64,000 nucleotides of DNA from Bacilli bacterium (lineage in GTDB: Bacteria; Bacillota_I; Bacilli_A; RFN20; CAG-826). Positions within the stretch are counted from its first letter, which is position 1; each line of letters begins with the position of its first letter. Under the pieces are notes generated by a model. The model was not told the origin of the DNA, ran no database searches, and worked only from the letters and a program-made list of their open reading frames with translations. Below, piece after piece: positions 58,497-64,000 of the stretch. Made by a program: the position numbers and the translations under genes. The stretch is from positions 8,704-72,703 of the forward strand of contig JAZQOV010000007.1 of assembly GCA_045628045.1 (NCBI GenBank), in the 5' to 3' direction.

Positions 58497-58820
58497 ATGA
58501 ACTCGAGCAAAATTTATGATGCATTTGAATCGATAATGAATCTAAGAAAAGAAGAAAAAAATAACTCTTTAATCTTTTCAGAACATTCTCCTGTTAAACA
58601 AAAAGTCGATTACTGCCTTAGTCGTTTGAAAGACGACTTTAAAGAAATAATTGTCAAAGACTTTTTAGAGAATTCTTACAAATATTGGTGGTTAGAATCT
58701 TATTCTGAAACTAATTATTATCGAAAAAGATTTAGAGCTATTACTGCATTTGTGAATTTATTTAATTTAATTTATGAAAACAATATTATTTTTTCCAATA
58801 TTAACAGCAATTGTTACTAG
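58497..58820 (+). CDS. Small MG284/MPN403-like protein, putative HTH / sigma region-4-like regulator
   Basis: L.RL....KEII..DF......WW...YS...YYRKR..AI..F pattern; SD GGAGG before ATG 58497. Confidence 0.6.
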   Translation: MNSSKIYDAFESIMNLRKEEKNNSLIFSEHSPVKQKVDYCLSRLKDDFKEIIVKDFLENSYKYWWLESYSETNYYRKRFRAITAFVNLFNLIYENNIIFSNINSNCY

Positions 58821-59718
58821 GGCTGTAACTCCAATAAAGCCAAAAGTCACTTCTTTGAAGTGTTTTTACATGACCCCTCTTATTCTTAATGGAGATACTA
58901 GTTTATATTTGGATATTACCGCATCTTCTGCAAGTCCACTAGGAGTAACTTTAACTTTATTTAACGAACTTTATCCAGAAGGAGATGTTTTCTTAGATGT
59001 CACCTACACGAATAGTGGTGTTTATACATACACGTATGATAATGAATGTACACATAAGGATAATGAAGTTGAGATAGCTATTTTTAATTCGACATCAAAA
59101 ATAAATAATGTTTCAAGATGCAAAATCCCTCTTTTAAAACCCCAATATAAAGCAATAAATGGCAATAATGAAATTGTAGATGATATACCTTGCTATGTTT
59201 TTACTCAGAAAAATGGTTGGACTGAGACTTATTCAACTTATAAATTTAGTGGTTTCGATGAGTTATATATTCCTACTTTTTACCACAAAATAGATTTTTC
59301 TGATTTCAAGATCATCTTTGATGATTACACTTTTGCAACATTTAAACCGAAAGTTACGCTCGGTATTCAAAATTACACTGCAAAACATTTTGAAACCGAT
59401 GAAGAATTATTTTCATATGTTGACTTAAATGTTGTAAAAGAAGAGAACAATACAGTTCATTTTGAACCTGGAGTCTCGTTTTACGTAAATATGGAAACTC
59501 TCGAGATGAGTTTAAGAAAATATCCAAATTACGTTAAAACAAAGCATTTCTACTTACCAAGAAATGAATACAAGAATCAAAACGATTACACATTTTACTT
59601 AATATTTGAGAATTTTGGTGCAAACAAGAATAAAGTGATTCATACATTTAAATTTAACGCTTTAATCAACACAATCGGTGATTGCGTGAATTCTGAATAT
59701 TGCGTGGTGAGGAGTTAA
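58774..59718 (+). CDS. Hypothetical exported beta-rich protein in the Tad operon
   Basis: N-terminal signal-like segment; overlaps the upstream gene. Confidence 0.65.
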   Translation: MKTILFFPILTAIVTRAVTPIKPKVTSLKCFYMTPLILNGDTSLYLDITASSASPLGVTLTLFNELYPEGDVFLDVTYTNSGVYTYTYDNECTHKDNEVEIAIFNSTSKINNVSRCKIPLLKPQYKAINGNNEIVDDIPCYVFTQKNGWTETYSTYKFSGFDELYIPTFYHKIDFSDFKIIFDDYTFATFKPKVTLGIQNYTAKHFETDEELFSYVDLNVVKEENNTVHFEPGVSFYVNMETLEMSLRKYPNYVKTKHFYLPRNEYKNQNDYTFYLIFENFGANKNKVIHTFKFNALINTIGDCVNSEYCVVRS

Positions 59719-59719
59719 C

Positions 59720-60115
59720 ATGACGAATTGTATTTTTTACGCTATCTTCTTTGCAATGTTTCTAAATACGTCATTAGGCTCATTAAGATTTTCACAAATA
59801 AATCGAACATTTTTGTCTATCTATAAAGGTATGCTAGAGGCTTGTGTTCTTACTATCAATGATAAGGGAGAACCAATTAAACCTTATTATAATAAGGAAA
59901 AAGTAGAATCATATGTTGTTACCTATTTAAAGAAGAACATTTCAAGGTATGCTACTGACTATCTTTTAGAGACTAAATATTACGATGAAAATTTTACGAA
60001 AGAGACAACAAGTTTCATTCGTGGAATAAGTATCAAATTAAAAGCTAAAGTTAACGTTATGTATAACTATGAGAAAGAGCAAAGATTTTTTATTCAAAGT
60101 AGGGAAAATTTATGA
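59720..60115 (+). CDS. Pilin-like / TadE-like protein
   Basis: Single N-terminal hydrophobic helix and small alpha/beta body, immediately upstream of the ATPase. Confidence 0.5.
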   Translation: MTNCIFYAIFFAMFLNTSLGSLRFSQINRTFLSIYKGMLEACVLTINDKGEPIKPYYNKEKVESYVVTYLKKNISRYATDYLLETKYYDENFTKETTSFIRGISIKLKAKVNVMYNYEKEQRFFIQSRENL

Positions 60116-61071
60116 ATGAGAAGTTACTTAATTTCATTGAAAAATCATTTTTAGAGCCTCTTTTGAAAAATGAGAATATTTCTGACATCTCTTATAACGG
60201 TGTAAGCATTTTCTACGTTGATAATGATTTAGGAAGACTTAAGTCAGATATAAAAGTTAAAAATGAGGAAGTTTTAGATTTCATACGACAGATAGCAAAC
60301 TTATCTGAAAGACAATTTTCGTTTACAGTTCCTACGCTCGATGTTTCTATAGGAAGATATAGATTAAATGCTGTTCATACTTCAATTGTTAGGGTTGGAG
60401 ATGACAAGGCTTGTTCATTTGCTTTGCGTATTGGATCTACTGAAAATAAAATTGAAAAAGATAACAAGTTTTTAGGCAATATCGCCGAGAAATTCCTGGT
60501 AAATTGCTTAGATAATGGAGAATCTCTAGTCATTGCTGGGCCAACAGGAAGCGGCAAAACTGAGCTTCAAAAATATCTACTTTCGAGACTTAGAAAAAAT
60601 TCAAGAGTCATTGTTATTGATAACATCCAAGAACTTGAGAATTTAAGAAAATATGAAGATCTTGATTTAACTAGCTGGCAAATTTCTCCAACGAATCCAA
60701 ATGCTTCAATGGAGGAGTTGATTAAAAATGCTTTAAGGAGCAATCCGGACTGGCTTGTTGTCGCCGAGGCAAGAAGTAAAGAAATGAGAGAAGTTTTAAC
60801 TAGTGTTATGACTGGCCACCCTATTATTACAACAGTGCATGCAAGAAGTCTTGAAGCAATTCCGAAAAGAATCTGTAGAATGATTATGTCTGCCGATACT
60901 ACGCAAAAATATGATGACATTTTAAGCGATGTTTATGACCATATCAAATATTATATATTTGTTAATAGAAAATATGGGAGTGGCGGAAAGGTGCAGAGAT
61001 ACATTGAATCAATTGGTGAGTTACAAAGCGACGGTTCAATGAAATACATTTATAAGAAGGAAGAAAAATGA
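60112..61071 (+). CDS. Tad pilus ATPase, CpaF/TadA (VirB11 family)
   Basis: ISDISYNG, R.NAVH, Walker A GPTGSGKT, ALRSNPDWLVVAEAR, TGH..ITTVHA. Confidence 0.88.
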   Translation: MNEKLLNFIEKSFLEPLLKNENISDISYNGVSIFYVDNDLGRLKSDIKVKNEEVLDFIRQIANLSERQFSFTVPTLDVSIGRYRLNAVHTSIVRVGDDKACSFALRIGSTENKIEKDNKFLGNIAEKFLVNCLDNGESLVIAGPTGSGKTELQKYLLSRLRKNSRVIVIDNIQELENLRKYEDLDLTSWQISPTNPNASMEELIKNALRSNPDWLVVAEARSKEMREVLTSVMTGHPIITTVHARSLEAIPKRICRMIMSADTTQKYDDILSDVYDHIKYYIFVNRKYGSGGKVQRYIESIGELQSDGSMKYIYKKEEK

Positions 61072-61787
61072 ATAAATTAGATATTGTTTTTATTGCGATA
61101 AGTGGTGTTATGGGTGGACTTTGTTATATCTCTACATTAAGTCTTATTTACGCAACTTTAGTTATTCTTATTTATCTTGTTGATTACTTTCTATTAATGA
61201 GAAAAAGATTCAAATACTATTTTGATCTAATTGATAGAGTAAATTCTGGATACCATTTTATTAATTCGTTTGTTATCACTTTGTCTGTTACTGAATCTCT
61301 TGAAGAAGCTTACTCTAATGCGACAAGAATCGGAAATGCACAATTCATGGATACAATTAAAGGAATCGAAGATAATCCAATCGTTGATAGAGTTAAATAT
61401 CTAAAAGATTACTATCATCTTTCAATTTATAAGATGTTTCTTAATGTTTTCGATTTATATCTTGATCAAGGCGGAAATATTTTAAATATGGCCGATAACT
61501 TGCTTAGTGAATGCACAAGAGTAGAAAAAACTCTTAACGAAACTAAAAATCTTGGTTTTAAACACTTAGTAGAATTTATTACTTTATGGTTAATGTCATT
61601 AGCTGTTGTAGTTTTTATGAGATTTTCAATTAAAGATTTCTATATTCAAATGCTTTCAAGTGCAATAGTGGCTCCAATGATTTTCTTTTTCTTCATAATT
61701 TGTCTTGCTTCAATAAATTTATTTGTAAACGCATTTGTTAATTTAAATATTAAGGAGGATGGTATTGATGGAAAAACTAAAAAGTAA
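61068..61787 (+). CDS. TadB-like pilus platform membrane protein
   Basis: Two TM, cytoplasmic helical region with GGN, two TM; follows the ATPase. Confidence 0.65.
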   Translation: MNKLDIVFIAISGVMGGLCYISTLSLIYATLVILIYLVDYFLLMRKRFKYYFDLIDRVNSGYHFINSFVITLSVTESLEEAYSNATRIGNAQFMDTIKGIEDNPIVDRVKYLKDYYHLSIYKMFLNVFDLYLDQGGNILNMADNLLSECTRVEKTLNETKNLGFKHLVEFITLWLMSLAVVVFMRFSIKDFYIQMLSSAIVAPMIFFFFIICLASINLFVNAFVNLNIKEDGIDGKTKK

Positions 61788-62436
61788 GTTAGATTTATTA
61801 GGTTTGTCATTCAAGACAGAATTAAGAAATTTTATTATTTTAAACGCATCATTATTGGTAGTCGGAATTATTCTTTCGATTATCACAAAAAGCGTCATTA
61901 ATATCTTATTCTCTTTGCCATTCATGCTTGTTTTAAGCTTTGCTTATTATGCACGTTATGGAGTAAAAATATCTCAAATGAACCAGAAAAACGTTGAAGA
62001 ATTCACCAATTTATTTTCATATTTTAGGATTTATCTTCACAATGGTTACAGTGTTTATTCAGCTTTGAAAGAGCTAGAAAGTTTTGCAAATGATTCACTT
62101 AAAAAATTACTAGCCACTTTAGTAGAAGAAATTGATCAAGACAAGAGCGTCAAACCATTTATTAACTTCGCTAAACACTTCGATGAAACCATTATCGAAG
62201 AAATGATGATTTCTATTTATCAGATGATAGATGGTGGAGAAAATGGAGATAATTTAATTCATTATGAATTAATATTTGATAAATTCTCTGAACTGATGTA
62301 TCAGAGAGATTTAAAAAAGAAGGATTCCAAACTCGGAACTTTGTCAAGCGCGCCTTTAATAGGTTCTTGCTATTTAATGATAGTTCTAACAGTTGGAATC
62401 GTAAGTGTGATAGGGGTGATGATAAATGGCATATAA
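61768..62436 (+). CDS. TadC-like pilus platform membrane protein
   Basis: Two TM; YFRIYLHNGYSVYSAL type II secretion F-like segment; C-terminal TM; SD AAGGAGG. Confidence 0.68.
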   Translation: MEKLKSKLDLLGLSFKTELRNFIILNASLLVVGIILSIITKSVINILFSLPFMLVLSFAYYARYGVKISQMNQKNVEEFTNLFSYFRIYLHNGYSVYSALKELESFANDSLKKLLATLVEEIDQDKSVKPFINFAKHFDETIIEEMMISIYQMIDGGENGDNLIHYELIFDKFSELMYQRDLKKKDSKLGTLSSAPLIGSCYLMIVLTVGIVSVIGVMINGI

Positions 62437-62767
62437 AATAGGATTTCTTTTATCATTACTTCTTGTTGTTGAATTGTTTATTTTGGCAGCTGATGTCTTC
62501 TCTGCCCAAATAATTTATACCAATCTTGATGCAGTTAGTATTACTGCAGGCAACATCATTTCCTCCAAAGGAGAGATTACAGATGAATTAAGGAGCTATG
62601 TAAGATCTCAAACCGGTGGAGAAATTAAGGCTGTTGGTAATGAAACGCCAATGTTTGGATCAATTTATACGTTCCAAATTTCAAAAGAATTTGATCCAAT
62701 CAACCAATTCACTAAAACAAGTGAAATTGTGGTGGTCAGAAGTGTTGTTATTGGTTATTACAATTAG
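62426..62767 (+). CDS. TadE-like minor pilin
   Basis: N-terminal hydrophobic helix followed by a small beta domain. Confidence 0.5.
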   Translation: MAYKIGFLLSLLLVVELFILAADVFSAQIIYTNLDAVSITAGNIISSKGEITDELRSYVRSQTGGEIKAVGNETPMFGSIYTFQISKEFDPINQFTKTSEIVVVRSVVIGYYN

Positions 62768-62781
62768 AAAGGAGAAAATAA

Positions 62782-62970
62782 ATGTCTGAAATTAAAGGTA
62801 CATTACTTGGTGTAGTTCTTGCTATCTCAATGTTCTCAATTGTTTTTGCAATTGTTCAAGTTGCTGTCAATGATAGTGCAAACCAAGTTTCACAAAGAAT
62901 TGCTGATGCTGCAGATGCAGAACCAGATATTAATCCAATTCCATTAGAGACAGCATTATATCATTTCTAA
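62782..62970 (+). CDS. Flp-like small pilin candidate
   Basis: 62 aa; MSEIKG then a ~20-aa hydrophobic helix; strong SD AAAGGAG; last gene of the operon. Confidence 0.55.
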   Translation: MSEIKGTLLGVVLAISMFSIVFAIVQVAVNDSANQVSQRIADAADAEPDINPIPLETALYHF

Positions 62971-62973
62971 TAA

Positions 62974-62998
62974 TGAGAAGAGACAAAGTCTCTTCTCA
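62974..62998. terminator. Hairpin closing the Tad operon
   Basis: TGAGAAGAGAC-AAA-GTCTCTTCTCA; no long plus-strand T tract. Confidence 0.6.
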
Positions 62999-63081
62999 AA
63001 AGTTAATTTTCAACATTAATTTTTGATAAGATACTTTATTTTTAACTTCTCTGTGATACAATTACTTCGCTGAGGTATTTT

Positions 63082-63306
63082 ATGAATAAAATCGAAGAAA
63101 TTAGAGCACGCCTTGCTGAAGTCGCCCATAAAGACACAGTTGAAGGCTCATTAAAATTAAGAGAATTAGGTATCGATTCTCTTGATATTGTTGAATTGCT
63201 TCTTCAATTAGAAGAAGACTATGGTGTACATTTTGATGACATGGATATGTCAACACTTGTAACCGTTCAAGATTTACTTGATGCAATAGCGAAACAATTA
63301 AAATAA
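63082..63306 (+). CDS. acpP: Acyl carrier protein
   Basis: LGIDSLDIVELL..LEE..G; TVQDL. Confidence 0.9.
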   Translation: MNKIEEIRARLAEVAHKDTVEGSLKLRELGIDSLDIVELLLQLEEDYGVHFDDMDMSTLVTVQDLLDAIAKQLK

Positions 63307-63357
63307 ATTATTTTCTAGTTGTTTTTAACAATAGTATTTGATACTATTTATTGCGTC

Positions 63358-63432
63358 GCCCACTTAGCTCAGCGGTAGAGCTATCGGCTGTTAACCGATC
63401 GGTCTGCGGTTCGAATCCGTAAGTGGGCGCCA
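63358..63432 (+). tRNA. tRNA-Asn(GTT)
   Basis: Anticodon arm ATCGG-CTGTTAA-CCGAT; encoded CCA. Confidence 0.95.
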
Positions 63433-63436
63433 TCTT

Positions 63437-63513
63437 GGCCCGTTGGAGAAGCGGCTTAACTCATATGCCTTTCACGCATACATTCATGGGTTCGAATCCC
63501 GTACGGGTCACCA
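63437..63513 (+). tRNA. tRNA-Glu(TTC)
   Basis: Anticodon arm TATGC-CTTTCAC-GCATA; encoded CCA. Confidence 0.95.
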
Positions 63514-63617
63514 AATAGGATTACATTCGAAACGTATTACATAGATGATTACGTTTACGGATTCCATGCTGATCTCAGGCCTTATATCAAAAGATATAAA
63601 GAGAGAAAAGCAATGAT

Positions 63618-63643
63618 AAAAGCTGATTAATTCAGCTTTTTTT
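63618..63643 (+). terminator. Terminator after the tRNA-Asn/Glu pair
   Basis: AAAAGCTGA-TTAAT-TCAGCTTTT followed by T. Confidence 0.75.
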
Positions 63644-63698
63644 ATTTAAAAAAATAAATAAATTGTTTAAAATATTACCCATAAAGTAGTTATTTAAA

Positions 63699-64000
63699 AT
63701 GAGATACATTGGTTGCAAAACAAAATTGTTAGAAATTTTGAAAGAAAAAATTTCCCGCAAAATTCCTGATCTTGAAGGTAAAAGATTCTGCGATTTATTT
63801 GCAGGAACTGGAGCAGTTGGAGATTATTTCCAAGACATATGTTCAGTTACCGCAAATGACAACCTATATTTTGCGTACGTTTTAAATCGCGGAAAACTCT
63901 TAAAAAATCAATGTACTTTTGAAAATTTGGGTTTCGACCCATTTGAGTACTTTAATAATGCAAACACAGATAACTATGTTACAGGTTATGTTTCAACAAA
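63699..64000 (+). CDS. N6-adenine DNA methyltransferase (D12/FokI-like), runs off the window end
   Basis: Manual translation MRYIGCKTKLL...FCDLFAGTGAVG...ANDN (SAM-binding motif I); absent from the ORF track. Confidence 0.85.
   Translation, partial: MRYIGCKTKLLEILKEKISRKIPDLEGKRFCDLFAGTGAVGDYFQDICSVTANDNLYFAYVLNRGKLLKNQCTFENLGFDPFEYFNNANTDNYVTGYVST

Noticed and set aside
60112-61071. ATPase as conjugative VirB11 or ComGA
   Set aside because: No VirB4, VirD4 or relaxase is nearby, and two TadB/TadC-like genes follow rather than a single ComGB with ComGC-type pilins.

Overview
AT-rich Firmicutes-type chromosomal window using genetic code 11 (TGA is a stop, e.g. rimM, lepB, rnhB). Gene order and content suggest a reduced-genome Bacilli lineage such as RF39/RFN20/Erysipelotrichales-like; that taxonomy is inference. 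Bases 1-21.7 kb are core housekeeping: trmD-rimM-khpA-rpsP divergent from rplS-lepB-rbgA-rnhB-dprA-topA-trmFO-xerC-rpsB-tsf-pyrH-frr-uppS-cdsA-dxr-rseP-polC. The rest mixes 12 dispersed tRNAs, metabolic genes, secreted or lipoprotein hydrolases, two Fic-family genes, cdaA-glmM, gltX, a divergent Tad/Flp pilus operon, acpP and the start of an adenine methyltransferase. Main findings: (1) a ~60-bp element (palindrome + TTAACA-N17-CGAATT, 46/50 nt identical core) lies upstream of both dprA and the Tad operon, suggesting a competence regulon that uses a Tad pilus; (2) an aminotransferase-III / class II aldolase / FGGY kinase / GtrA operon whose chemistry fits breakdown of an amino-polyol such as phytosphingosine; (3) many leaderless-type promoters and SD-less CDSs starting just after tRNA CCA ends; (4) tRNA-anchored islets without an integrase, a poly-T20 promoter tract, and an atypical tRNA-Gly(GCC). 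No CRISPR array, rRNA or IS element was seen.
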